Source: an uncultured Collinsella sp. (GTDB taxonomy: Bacteria > Actinomycetota > Coriobacteriia > Coriobacteriales > Coriobacteriaceae). Taken from it: DNA of 64,000 bases. Position numbers and translations under genes: made by a program. Location: NCBI GenBank assembly GCA_902478545.1, contig CABSLA010000002.1:66037-130036 (forward strand), read 5' to 3'. Shown here one piece after another: positions 19,323-30,286 of this stretch (position 1 is the stretch's first letter; each line of letters begins with the position of its first letter). The notes beneath the pieces are model-generated. The model ran no database searches, was not told the DNA's origin, and was given only the letters and a program-made list of their open reading frames with translations.

Positions 19323-19380
19323 TCGAACCCGCGACCCCAACCTTGGCAAGGTTGTGCTCTACCAACTGAGCCATGTCCGC
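19305..19380 (-). tRNA. tRNA-Gly(GCC)
   Basis: Identical to 16998-17073. Confidence 0.96.
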
Positions 19381-19422
19381 ATATGTAAAACAAAACGGGC
19401 GCCGGAGCGCCCGGATGTTGCC

Positions 19423-19496
19423 TGGAGGCGAAGCCCGGATTCGAACCGGGGGTAAAGGCTTTGCAGGCCTCTGCCTTACCACTTGGCCACTTCGCC
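19423..19496 (-). tRNA. tRNA-Cys(GCA)
   Basis: GGCGAAGTGGCCAAGTGG...CTGCAAA...GTTCGAATCC...CCA. Confidence 0.95.
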
Positions 19497-19530
19497 GAAA
19501 AAGGACCGCCTAAACGGTCCGGAAATGCAA

Positions 19531-19606
19531 TGGAGCGGACAACGGGGCTCGAACCCGCGACCCCAACCTTGGCAAGGTTGTGCTCTACCAACTGAGCCAT
19601 GTCCGC
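19531..19606 (-). tRNA. tRNA-Gly(GCC)
   Basis: Identical to the other two copies. Confidence 0.96.
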
Positions 19607-19618
19607 TTGCGGGTTATT

Positions 19619-19668
19619 AATTTACGCGAGTTGTCCAAAAGACGCAAGTACTTTTTTCAAAAAACTTG
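19619..19668 (-). promoter_or_regulatory. Sigma70-type promoter of the Gly-Cys-Gly tRNA cluster
   Basis: TTGCGT-17 bp-TAAATT, preceded by TTTTTTGAAAAAAG. Confidence 0.65.
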
Positions 19669-19711
19669 TCTGCCGCATGTTCTTAGTAGCTAAACGCGCT
19701 AAAGCGATTGG

Positions 19712-20458
19712 CTAGGCACACGATTCCAGCGCTCCGCTAAACAGCTTCACCATCTGCACGCGCGTGCCGGCGCCGTCCGTACGACGAGCAACCTCCACGT
19801 TATCGACGAGCATACGCATAAGCTTGATACCACGGCCGCGTTCCTCAGATGCAACCGGCTCGCTCGTTTCATCGATAGAATAGCCGGCACCTCGATCAAG
19901 CACCTCAACCACAACGCGATCGCCATAGGCCTGAACCGTCAGGACGCACCCGATACCGCCCGCATGGTCATAGGCATTACCCAGCGCCTCCCCCGACGCC
20001 AATGCGACATCGTAGCGCTCGTCACGGCGCAACGGAAGCGATTCAAGGAGTTCGGCAATGCGATGTCGGTAGTATGGAAGATTCTCGATACCCTGACGGA
20101 CCTCGACGCTCTTACTCCAGCGAGGCAGCTCCCCCACCGGAATGGCGGGAATAGACTCCCGTGCCGGCCCCGCGACATGAAGGATATCGACAAGACGAGC
20201 AATCTCCAAAAAGCGAACAACTTCACCCGATGCATTGACGAGCGAAAGCAGGCCTTCTCGCCTCATGAGCTCACGAGCGCGCGTAAGCAGGAATGCCAAG
20301 CCCGTCGAATCGATAAAGCTAACAGCCTGACAGTTGATGACAACACGACGCACGCCGCGACCAATCAAAGCATCCAACCGCCGACGCAGCGCAGGCACCG
20401 TGGCGATGTCGATATCGCCTGGAGGCGTCAAAACCGCTATGTCATTCCACTCATTCAT
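19712..20458 (-). CDS. STAS (anti-anti-sigma) and HATPase (anti-sigma Ser kinase) fusion protein
   Basis: GDIDIATVP and FIDSTGL (STAS); EALGNAYDH, DRGAG, GRGIKLM and GTRV (RsbW-type kinase). Confidence 0.85.
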   Translation of the reverse strand: MNEWNDIAVLTPPGDIDIATVPALRRRLDALIGRGVRRVVINCQAVSFIDSTGLAFLLTRARELMRREGLLSLVNASGEVVRFLEIARLVDILHVAGPARESIPAIPVGELPRWSKSVEVRQGIENLPYYRHRIAELLESLPLRRDERYDVALASGEALGNAYDHAGGIGCVLTVQAYGDRVVVEVLDRGAGYSIDETSEPVASEERGRGIKLMRMLVDNVEVARRTDGAGTRVQMVKLFSGALESCA

Positions 20459-20536
20459 ACGACCATGGTTCCCCAAAAAAGCCCACTCGATGCATTCGTT
20501 TCCCCAACCGTACGGATTCAGCCCGCCCAGCGTCGT

Positions 20537-22882
20537 CTATGAACGACCCCGTAAAAACTCAAGGGACACCAATGCAATGTCATCGTCCAGCGCCGATTCG
20601 GTAAATCGGTCAAGCTCGCCCAAGACCTTGCCGCAGATTCCCGATACGCCCTCACCCGAGACAGAGAGCAGAAGGTCACGAAGGCGCTGCTCACCAAAGA
20701 ACGCTCCGGTGCGGTCGCGGGCCTCAATCGTTCCGTCCGTATACATGAAGAGCATGTCGCCAGGAGCGAACGTAAACACGCCTGTCTCGTACACCATGCT
20801 CTCAAAGGCACCGATTACGCCCGATTGGCATCCAAGCAGCTCGACCTCTCCCCCACGGGCCTCGCCGCCACCCAGCGGCATCGACTCTGGCCTAATGACC
20901 ATGGTCGGAGGATGGCCCGCCGAACAATACGTTGCGCGTCCGGCTTTAAGGTCAATCTTGGCGATAAAGGCCGTCACGAACGTCTCGACCCTCGAAAAGC
21001 CCATGAGCATACTGTTAAGAGAGCGTGCCATGCGGGCCGGTCCAGCGCCCTCCCACGCATATGCCGTCAGGGCCGTCTTGACGAGCGCGGACATCGATGC
21101 GGCCTCAATGCCTTTGCCAGACACATCACCCAGAATCATGACGGCGCAGTCGTCGGGAAGACGGATGAGCGTATAGAAATCGCCGCCGACCAACGCCGAG
21201 TTCGTGGCTGACAGGTACACCGAATCGGTTGCGATACCCGGAACATCCCCCAGGGAATTTCTCATGCCGATCTGAAGGGTCTGAGCGATATGGCGCTCCT
21301 CGCGCTTTTGAGATTCGCCTTCGTAGATCAGTTCAAAGTCATGCGCCAAGTGCACCAAGTAGTCATATTCAAGATCATCAATCGGCTCTTGGCTACCATC
21401 ACGAAGCAGCAGCGCGCGCGTCGTCGGGCTCTTCGCAACAGAAGCAGGAACAATTGCGTCGTTACTGTGCTTGCCATCACCCTCAGAGCGCGGGCGCCCC
21501 GCCTCGATGCCGGAGTCGACGTAGAGACCTTGACAAGGCAGGCCATGCGCCCTAAGCCAGCCTCCCATAGGCATCGATTCATCAACGCGAGTTATACGGA
21601 CGTGTTTAAGGTCCTCGGCACTCGTACCTCCCAAAACAGATGCCTCAAAGCCATCAGGGCCAGCCCCCAGACGTGCCGCTGGCGCCGTCGTGGAAAAGAA
21701 AAGCCTCTCGGGATCGTCCGGCAAAGCAACGCGACTACCGCCTTCAAAATCTATGACGTAGGAATCCAGACTGGCGTCATACTCAACAGGGCAAAAATGG
21801 CAGTTAAGCATATTGCAGATCTCGGACGATACCGCCTGGGTAGCCGCGGCGGAATCGTCTAGAAAGGTAAACAACTCATCACGCAAGACATTGAGCGAGC
21901 GGCCAAGCTCGGCCGTGCGACGGGAGCGAAGACTCGATGCCATGCCGACCAGCTGGATAGATAGGTAATCGCAAATGACCTCGAGCACATTAACGTCATA
22001 GGCGAGCGGTGCCTGAGGGCGTTTCCAACCAACTTCCAGCACGCCAAGGATCTGCGTACCGTAAAAAACGGGAAGACAGATCTCGCTGCGATACGGAGGC
22101 ATATCCTGCACGCGCAATAGGTGCTTAGAACGATTGTCCAGGTCCATGAACATACCGGAGGCGGCCCTATCGCCCTCAAGGTCCTGTTGAATCGACAAGC
22201 GACAGGCACGCGACTCACGAAGAACATACGTCGGAATGCCAGCGCCATACGGCAAAAACTCAGGCAGGTAGCTGTCGTACAGCTCCTTGGAAACACCGCG
22301 AAGTTTAAAACCGCCGCTCTCAGAAAAATAGATAGCGGCACCCGAAGCATCGAGCGTTCCTACAAGCTGGTTCAAAACGGTATCAAGTAGGCTGGGCAGC
22401 TCATCGGAGCCCACAGTGCTCATAATGACCGAGAGAGTGCCAGAGAGACGCTTGTTCGCAACTCTAAGCTCCGATAACGCACGCTTAAGTTGACGGTCGT
22501 GAGAATACTGTTCCTCGATACTGTGAAGCGCCACTAGGACACGTGGTGCGCGGAGCCCAAAGATGCGTGGAGGCGTTACGGAGCCCGCGCGAACCAAGAC
22601 GGGGATAAAAGAGCCGTCACTCAGCTTGAGCATCAGTTCGTTCTCGGAGCCATCAGTTTCAAATGGCAGACGATGTTCCGTCGCACGTTCAAAAGCGGAC
22701 GAGTACAGGACGTCTTTAACATCTCCACCGATGACGTCAGCGCGTTCCTCGCACATCAAACCAAGTAAGCGATTATTCACATGCAGAATGGTTCCGTCGA
22801 ACTCACAGATGATGACAGCATCGCTCGTGATCTCGACTAGTTGGGCAACGTCTGCCCACTCGTTGCGTTCAAGCGTTTCCAT
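20537..22882 (-). CDS. PAS-GAF-PP2C (SpoIIE/RsbU-type) sensor phosphatase
   Basis: N-terminal PAS (DAVIICEFDGTILHVN), GAF (CLPVFYGTQILGVL), and PP2C motifs GGDFY, GDVSGKG, YTDG and DDI. Confidence 0.88.
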   Translation of the reverse strand: METLERNEWADVAQLVEITSDAVIICEFDGTILHVNNRLLGLMCEERADVIGGDVKDVLYSSAFERATEHRLPFETDGSENELMLKLSDGSFIPVLVRAGSVTPPRIFGLRAPRVLVALHSIEEQYSHDRQLKRALSELRVANKRLSGTLSVIMSTVGSDELPSLLDTVLNQLVGTLDASGAAIYFSESGGFKLRGVSKELYDSYLPEFLPYGAGIPTYVLRESRACRLSIQQDLEGDRAASGMFMDLDNRSKHLLRVQDMPPYRSEICLPVFYGTQILGVLEVGWKRPQAPLAYDVNVLEVICDYLSIQLVGMASSLRSRRTAELGRSLNVLRDELFTFLDDSAAATQAVSSEICNMLNCHFCPVEYDASLDSYVIDFEGGSRVALPDDPERLFFSTTAPAARLGAGPDGFEASVLGGTSAEDLKHVRITRVDESMPMGGWLRAHGLPCQGLYVDSGIEAGRPRSEGDGKHSNDAIVPASVAKSPTTRALLLRDGSQEPIDDLEYDYLVHLAHDFELIYEGESQKREERHIAQTLQIGMRNSLGDVPGIATDSVYLSATNSALVGGDFYTLIRLPDDCAVMILGDVSGKGIEAASMSALVKTALTAYAWEGAGPARMARSLNSMLMGFSRVETFVTAFIAKIDLKAGRATYCSAGHPPTMVIRPESMPLGGGEARGGEVELLGCQSGVIGAFESMVYETGVFTFAPGDMLFMYTDGTIEARDRTGAFFGEQRLRDLLLSVSGEGVSGICGKVLGELDRFTESALDDDIALVSLEFLRGRS

Positions 22883-22941
22883 CGTGGACCTCACCGTCTA
22901 TCGGTAACAAAAAAGCCTCCGAAGAGGCTTCTCAAATGCGA

Positions 22942-23031
22942 TGGTGTCGGAGGCGGGACTTGAACCCGCATGACCAAAAAGCGGTCACTAGCACCTCAAG
23001 CTAGCGCGTCTGCCAATTCCGCCACTCCGAC
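22942..23031 (-). tRNA. tRNA-Leu(GAG)
   Basis: GTCGGAGTGGCGGAATTGGCAGACGCG...TTGAGGT, long variable arm, GTTCAAGTC...CCA. Confidence 0.95.
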
Positions 23032-23088
23032 ATGCTATGTTGTTGATTCACGGTTCGTTTTGTTGGAACCGCGCGTTCAACGAGGAAG

Positions 23089-23138
23089 ATAATAACCTAT
23101 GATTCGAGAACTGTGCAAGCACTTTTTTCAAAAAAGTT
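23089..23138 (-). promoter_or_regulatory. Sigma70-type promoter of tRNA-Leu
   Basis: TTGCAC-18 bp-TATTAT, preceded by TTTTTTGAAAAAAG. Confidence 0.6.
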
Positions 23139-23175
23139 TACGAATTTGTAAATGCACAGGTAAATCCGTGTGTCT

Positions 23176-23300
23176 GGCCCCGAATCGGTGTTGCCTCCCG
23201 GCGCGTCCTCGGGCATGAGCGATATTTTGCTGCGCACTTCGTGCTGCAAAATATCGCTCCCCCTGCGGAATGCGCCGGGAGGCAACACCGATTCGGGGCC
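23176..23300. repeat. Long intergenic hairpin (~125 bp)
   Basis: Arms ggccccgaatcggtgttgcctcccggcgc / gcgccgggaggcaacaccgattcggggcc, inner gagcgatattttgc / gcaaaatatcgctc, apex gcac-ttc-gtgc. Confidence 0.88.
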
Positions 23301-23482
23301 TGCAGATACATACTTCAGGCACAGTTCTCAAACATGTTCTGGGGGCTGATGCAAATTTGGTGGCTCGGCTTTGCCGAGCCCTTATATAAAGAGGCCGGAG
23401 CTAAAGCTCCGGCCTCACTAACTTTCCTATTAGATTAAGTGAGCGATCAAGGAATCGCACCCCTCCCTGCCGCGTTGCCGCA

Positions 23483-23614
23483 GGGCCCGCGCTGGACTTA
23501 GTTTTCAGAACATTCCGCAGACCAGGAAACCCCCTTATCCGCAGCTCCGAAGGAGCAGGATAAGGGGGTTTCCATGGTCGAGGACGTTCTGAAAACTAAG
23601 TCCAGCGCGGGCCC
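23483..23614. repeat. Long intergenic hairpin (~132 bp) just after the oppF stop
   Basis: Arms gggcccgcgctggacttagttttcagaac / gttctgaaaactaagtccagcgcgggccc, inner stem ccccttatcc / ggataagggg, apex ctcc-gaa-ggag. Confidence 0.88.
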
Positions 23615-23630
23615 GGACGAGAACAACCGA

Positions 23631-24658
<1,028 letters not shown>

Positions 24659-24659
<1 letters not shown>

Positions 24660-25750
24660 TACGCCTCGCCTCCCTTCTTGGAATCCTTGCGCGTACGGGA
24701 CGTCTCAGGAGCGTTCTTGAGAAACTCGGGGTCACCGGAGTAGTGGCACGCAGAGTAATGACCAGACTCGGTGACAACGCGCTCGGGGCGCTGCTTGCGG
24801 CACTTATCGGTCGCATAGGGACAACGAGGCGAGAACACGCAGCCCTCGGGCAGGTTCATGAGCGAAGGCGGGTTGCCGTGAATCGGCGTAAGCGGCTTCT
24901 TCTCTTCGATGGCCTGCTCCGGGATGGAGCGGATAAGGCCCCAGGTGTAAGGGTGGCGGCTCTCGTAGAAGATTTCCTCAGCAGTACCGAACTCGACGGG
25001 ACGGCCGGCGTACATAACCATGATCTTGTCGGCCATGTCGGCGACGACGCCCAGGTCATGGGTAATCATGATGATGGCGTTGCCGTTCTTCTCCTGCATT
25101 TCCTGCATAAGCTCAATAATCTGAGCCTGAATGGTAACGTCCAGAGCCGTCGTGGGCTCGTCGGCAATCAGAATATCGGGATCGCAGGCAAGAGCCATGG
25201 CAATCATGACGCGCTGACGCATACCGCCAGAGAACTGGTGCGGATACTCATTGACGCGCTTCTCGGGCTCGGGAATACCAACGAGGTCCAAAAGCTCGGT
25301 GGCACGCTTGAGCGCCTCCTGCTTGGAGTAGCCACGGTGCAGACGAAGGCCCTCGCCCACCTGCTTGCCGATCTTATAAACCGGGTTCAAGGAGGTCATA
25401 GGATCCTGGAAGATCATCGCGATGTCGTTACCGCGAATGTGCTGCATCTCTTCCTCGGTCATTTCGAGGATGGAGCGACCGCGATATCGAACGTCACCGC
25501 CCTCAATCTTTCCCGGAGGCATCGAGATAAGGCCCATGATGGTCATGGCGGTCACGGACTTACCGGAGCCGGACTCACCGACGACGCCCAGGGTCTCGCC
25601 GCGATCGAGCGTGTAGGAGACACCGTCGACAGCGCGAACGACGCCATCCTCGGTGTGGAAATACATCTTAAGGTCATCGACCTCGAGCAGATGCTGGCCC
25701 TCGGGAACCGGCTGGTCCTTCAGGTCCACATAGTTCTTGTTCTTCTTCAT
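24659..25750 (-). CDS. oppD: Oligopeptide ABC transporter ATP-binding subunit
   Basis: GESGSGKS, YPHQFSGGMRQR and ADEPTTALD motifs. Confidence 0.9.
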
Positions 25751-25752
25751 CC

Positions 25753-26688
25753 TTATGCGTCCTTCATCTTGACGTCGAGGGCGTCGCGCAGACCATCACC
25801 CAACAGGGTGAAGGCGAGCACCGTCGAGAGAATTGCCAGACCGGGCATGATCATCATCCAGGGAGCAGTCAGAAGATACTGCTGACCGTCCTGAATCATG
25901 GAGCCCCACGAAGGCGTAGGCGGAATAACGCCCATGCCGAGGAAGGACAGAGCGGACTCGGTCAGAATGGCGCCACCAATGTTCATGGTCGCGTAGACCA
26001 CGATGGAGGCGACGGAGTTCGGGAAGATGTGACGTACAACGATACGAGCATCAGATGCACCCATCGCGCGCGCAGCATCAACATAGTCGTTTTCCTTGAC
26101 GGTCAAGATCGCAGAGCGGAAGACGCGCGCAATCGAAGGCCAGCCGAGAATACCGATGGCGATAAAGACGTTCTGAAGACCACGGCCGATAACGGCGATC
26201 ATGGCGACAACGAACAGCACGTACGGGAACGCCAGGAAGATGTCCGCACAGCGCATGATGATCGTATCCCAGATGCCGCCGTAGAAACCGGCCAGAGCAC
26301 CCATGACCAGACCAATCAGCGTGGAGATCGCGGTGGCCATAATTCCGACGGACAGCGAAACGCGCGCACCGTAGATAACGCGGACGAGAATGTCACGACC
26401 AAGGGCGTCGGTGCCAAACGGATGCTCTGCACACGGAGCCAGCAGCGACGTCTCGGCCATAGTGGTCGAGTCGGAAGCCGTCGGAGAACCGAGCCAGGGC
26501 TTAGCCCACAGATCTGCGGTCAGGGCAACCACAACGACGATGATGATCCAGCAGACACCGATAACGGCGAGCTTGTTCTTACGAAGACGCTTAAAAGCGT
26601 CGCCCCACAGCGTGCGGGACTTGGCGGGAGCAGATGCGACCTTGGTGGCGGTAGCCTGCTCCTGAGACTGAGAATCAGTTTCCTGCAT
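25753..26688 (-). CDS. oppC: Oligopeptide ABC transporter permease
   Basis: HPFGTDALGRD, EAA-like loop YVDAARAMGA and ESALSFLG. Confidence 0.9.
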   Translation of the reverse strand: MQETDSQSQEQATATKVASAPAKSRTLWGDAFKRLRKNKLAVIGVCWIIIVVVVALTADLWAKPWLGSPTASDSTTMAETSLLAPCAEHPFGTDALGRDILVRVIYGARVSLSVGIMATAISTLIGLVMGALAGFYGGIWDTIIMRCADIFLAFPYVLFVVAMIAVIGRGLQNVFIAIGILGWPSIARVFRSAILTVKENDYVDAARAMGASDARIVVRHIFPNSVASIVVYATMNIGGAILTESALSFLGMGVIPPTPSWGSMIQDGQQYLLTAPWMMIMPGLAILSTVLAFTLLGDGLRDALDVKMKDA

Positions 26689-26702
26689 GAGACGTACCTC
26701 CC

Positions 26703-27740
26703 TTAGGCCTTATCCGACGGACCGCCAAGGCGGATGCGCGGGTCGAGGAATGCATAGCTAATGTCGACGAGCAGGTTGATCACCATGACGACGACGACGA
26801 TGAGCGTAACGCCGCCCATAACGATGGGCCAGTCACGCATGCTAATGGCGCGATAGACCTCATAGCCGATACCGGGCCAGTTAAAGACCGTCTCGGTCAG
26901 GATGGCGCCCGAAAGCATGCCGCCAAAGTCGACACCAATATAGGTAACGACGGGGATGAGTGCATTCTTAAGCGCATGCTTGATGATGATCGCACGATTG
27001 GAGAGACCCTTGGCCTTTGCCGTACGGATGTAATCCTGGTTCATGACGTCAAGCAGCTGCGAGCGCATAATGCGGGCGGCATAAGCGGTCGAAACCGAAG
27101 CCAGCGTAATGGTCGGAAGCACATAGTGCATCCAATCCTGATACTGAGAGCTGGAACCGCCGGCACCCGAGATCGGCATGGAGATTGCACCGCCCGTGGC
27201 GTCCTTGAGGATGACGCCAAAGAACAGCTGCAGCAACATACCGAGCCAGAAGGCCGGGACCGCAACGAGGATCGACGTGGTGAGCGTTACCAAAATATCC
27301 CAGAAGGAATAACGCTTTACCGCCGAAATGATACCCGCACCGATACCCATAATTGCCTCGAGCACGATGGCGCACGCGGCAAGCTTGACCGTATACGGAT
27401 ACTTCTGGGCAAAGATATCCGTAACCGGCAGCTTGCGCTGATACGAATTGCCCAGATCGCCATGAAGCAGGCCGTTCATGTAATACAAGTAACGGTCCAC
27501 GAGCGACGTTTGAACGGGGTCGCCGTTCTCGTCAAGGATCGCGTTGCCGTCCTCGTCCGTCTGGACCAGGTGATAGCGAACGCGAAGCTGAAGCTCCACC
27601 TCGGGGGACAGAGCCTTGTCTCCACCGATCAGCTTGATCGGATCTCCCGGCACGATATTCTGGAGGGCGAACAGAATCAGCGTAACGCCCAAAAACACCG
27701 GGATGAACTGAAGCACACGTTTAACGATGTACTTACCCAT
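26703..27740 (-). CDS. oppB: Oligopeptide ABC transporter permease
   Basis: VPGDP, GDLGNS, YIRTAKAKGL and ETVFNWPG motifs. Confidence 0.9.
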   Translation of the reverse strand: MGKYIVKRVLQFIPVFLGVTLILFALQNIVPGDPIKLIGGDKALSPEVELQLRVRYHLVQTDEDGNAILDENGDPVQTSLVDRYLYYMNGLLHGDLGNSYQRKLPVTDIFAQKYPYTVKLAACAIVLEAIMGIGAGIISAVKRYSFWDILVTLTTSILVAVPAFWLGMLLQLFFGVILKDATGGAISMPISGAGGSSSQYQDWMHYVLPTITLASVSTAYAARIMRSQLLDVMNQDYIRTAKAKGLSNRAIIIKHALKNALIPVVTYIGVDFGGMLSGAILTETVFNWPGIGYEVYRAISMRDWPIVMGGVTLIVVVVMVINLLVDISYAFLDPRIRLGGPSDKA

Positions 27741-27896
27741 ACCACTCCCCTATCTAGGGATTAACCTAAATGGGATGCCGATCGCCAGACCGGCATCCCA
27801 AAATTACCATCAGCCAGTTTACCCCAGGTTAGGGAGAACTGTATGTTTCCCATGAGGTCTACGTAAATACTTGACCCTCACGGAAGCTGCAAACTC

Positions 27897-29573
27897 TTAG
27901 GCGAGCTCAGCGGTACCCAGATCGGCGTGCTTCTGCGGATCGACATAGAGGTGCTTGATGCGATCGGAGCCGGCGATGGTGTGCGTGTAGAACATAATCG
28001 GGATGACCGGGCAGTCGGCAGCGACCATTGCATCGGCCTCCTGCATCTTAGCGACGCGCTCCTCGTCGTCAACAATAGTACGAGCCTCGTCGACCTTGGC
28101 GTCGAACTCGGGGTTGTTGTAACCGGAGCGGTTGTCGCCACCGAGGGAGTCGGAGTGGAACAGCGGATACAGGAAGTTGTCCATGATCGGGTAGTCGGCA
28201 ATCCAACCCAGACGACCGAACTGATAGTTAAAGTTCTGATACTGCTCGAGCAGGGCAGACCACTCAGGGGTATCGGAGACAGCGGTAACGCCCACCTTGG
28301 CGAGGTCGCCGATGATGGACTCCATGATCTCCTTGTGACCGCCGTCCTGGTTGTAGGACAGGGTCACGCTAATGCCACGATCCCCGTTAGCGCCAGCGGG
28401 AGCAACCTTGTCGAGGTACTCGTTAGCCTTGTCGACATCGTAGGCGCAGAACTCCCATGCGCCCTCCTTGTAGCCATCGATGCCCGGAGGAACAATGCCG
28501 TCGGCAGGGGTACGGGTACCCTTGAAGATGGTCTTGCAGATGGCCTCACGGTTAATGGCCAGGGAGATGCCCCTACGCAGGTCGGCGTTGTTGAACGGCT
28601 CGGCCGTGGTGTTGCAGGTCAGATAGTACGTGGAAGGCTCGGCGCCGAGCAGCATGCGCTCGCCGTCACCCATGGTGTAGCCGTCCTTGGACACGCCGCG
28701 ATCCTTCTTGGCGGCATCGATCTGAGCGACGGGAACGTCGCAGACATCGAGGTTACCGGCCTGGAACTCCTTGTAAGCGGTCTCCATGTCCTTGATGACC
28801 TGGAAGTGGATGCCATCGATCTTGGCCTTGTCGCCATAGTAATCGTCGAACTTCTTGACGTTGATCTCCTGGCCATCCTCCCACTTGCCGTCCATCATGA
28901 ACGGGCCGTTACCGACCGGGGCAAGATAGAAGCTCTTGACATCGGACTCGGCGCACTCGGGAACCGGGGCCAGAGCCGGATGAGAGGCGACGAAGGGGAA
29001 GTCAGCGTAAGCGGAAGACAGCTTGACGACGAGGGTCTCATCGTCGGGGCACGTAACACCGCTGAGCTCGGTAGCGTTACCGGCAAGCAGGTCGTCATAA
29101 CCCTCGACCATGGAAAGGTGATAGGAGACCTCGGAAGGACCGTACTCGGTAGCGATGGCCGACTTGGTGTTGACCAGACGCTCCCAACCGAGCTTGAAGG
29201 ACTTGGAGGTAACGTCGTCACCGTTGTGGAACTTGGCCTTCTTGATCTTGAAGGTAAACTCGGTGGCGTCGTCGTTGGACTCAAAGGACTCGCAAGCCAG
29301 CGGAACGATCTCGCCCTTCTCGGCGTCGTAAGAGGTCAGAGCGTCAAAGAGCTGGTACTCGACCTGAGTGCCCTGGTCCTCCTGGACATTGTAGGGGTCG
29401 ATGCAGACCGGGTTGTTGATGTAGAAGTTCAGCGTCGAACCGGACTCAGAACCGGAAGCGTCGCCACCCTTCTTGCCACATGCGGCAAGAAAAGCCATGG
29501 AGCTCGCAGCAAGGGTGCCGCCAACAAAGGCGCGACGACCCATAACGGGCTGGTGGAACATAGAATCAGCCAT
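27897..29573 (-). CDS. oppA: Oligopeptide ABC substrate-binding lipoprotein (family 5)
   Basis: GRRAFVGG twin-arginine-like signal, lipobox LAAC, and GNGPF and GWIADYP motifs. Confidence 0.88.
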   Translation of the reverse strand: MADSMFHQPVMGRRAFVGGTLAASSMAFLAACGKKGGDASGSESGSTLNFYINNPVCIDPYNVQEDQGTQVEYQLFDALTSYDAEKGEIVPLACESFESNDDATEFTFKIKKAKFHNGDDVTSKSFKLGWERLVNTKSAIATEYGPSEVSYHLSMVEGYDDLLAGNATELSGVTCPDDETLVVKLSSAYADFPFVASHPALAPVPECAESDVKSFYLAPVGNGPFMMDGKWEDGQEINVKKFDDYYGDKAKIDGIHFQVIKDMETAYKEFQAGNLDVCDVPVAQIDAAKKDRGVSKDGYTMGDGERMLLGAEPSTYYLTCNTTAEPFNNADLRRGISLAINREAICKTIFKGTRTPADGIVPPGIDGYKEGAWEFCAYDVDKANEYLDKVAPAGANGDRGISVTLSYNQDGGHKEIMESIIGDLAKVGVTAVSDTPEWSALLEQYQNFNYQFGRLGWIADYPIMDNFLYPLFHSDSLGGDNRSGYNNPEFDAKVDEARTIVDDEERVAKMQEADAMVAADCPVIPIMFYTHTIAGSDRIKHLYVDPQKHADLGTAELA

Positions 29574-29814
29574 GCCATCCTCCTTATGAGATAGGACAAA
29601 GAAATGTTCAGTCGGACACATGTCGAAACAATCCGATCCGAACCATCAAAACGCCGCCCGCTGCTATGGCTGGTTATGCACAACGGACCAACGTTTTGCA
29701 ATACAGTAGCGCATTTTATACACAATTTGGGGCTAATTCCGGTTAACGGTCGAGAATTTCTTTAGTTGGGCGAAGTATGTGGGGATATTTTGACTCTGTT
29801 ACAAATATGTAAAC

Positions 29815-29846
29815 AAAAAGGGTCCCGCACTTACGGGACCCTTTTT
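29815..29846. terminator. Terminator after secG (A/T tracts on both sides)
   Basis: aaaaagggtcccg-cactta-cgggacccttttt. Confidence 0.8.
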
Positions 29847-29867
29847 GAATATTTATGCGGCTCGTGC

Positions 29868-30122
29868 TTAGTAGCCGACGATGCCCTGCGGGAAGAAGAA
29901 CATGCACAGCACGACGCACACGGCAAACACGACAGCCATGATGACGGTCAGGCGGTCGAGGTTCTGCTCCATGACGCCCGTGGCAGAGCTGGAGTTATAC
30001 AGCGAGCTAGCGATCATATCCGAAACGCCGGTGCCCTTACCGGAATGCATCAGGACGAGAATCGTCAGCGCCACGGCAGAGACAGCCCAAACGACAAACA
30101 GAAGAATCTGGAACGGACCCAT
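29868..30122 (-). CDS. secG: Preprotein translocase subunit SecG
   Basis: LVLMHSGKGTG and NLDRLT motifs; conserved position after the glycolytic genes. Confidence 0.93.
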   Translation of the reverse strand: MGPFQILLFVVWAVSAVALTILVLMHSGKGTGVSDMIASSLYNSSSATGVMEQNLDRLTVIMAVVFAVCVVLCMFFFPQGIVGY

Positions 30123-30286
30123 AGATAAACTCCTTAATAGAACAGTTTAAACTCCAGTACTGTACCACAATCCCCCGCTCTCCCCTACCTGCCACTCAAG
30201 GACGGGGTGGAAATGGCAGAAATACCAAAAAGGGGGTTGTCCGGTTGTGGACAACCCCCTTACTAGAAAACGGTATTTGTTTTCTA

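Noticed and set aside
16798..19600. ORFs beginning MAQLVEHNLAKVGVAGSSPVVRS
   Set aside because: These are translations of the tRNA-Gly genes.
19037..19606. Possible CRISPR array suggested by repeated sequences
   Set aside because: The repeats are tRNA genes and a two-copy ~99 bp unit. There is no regular repeat-spacer pattern and no cas gene.
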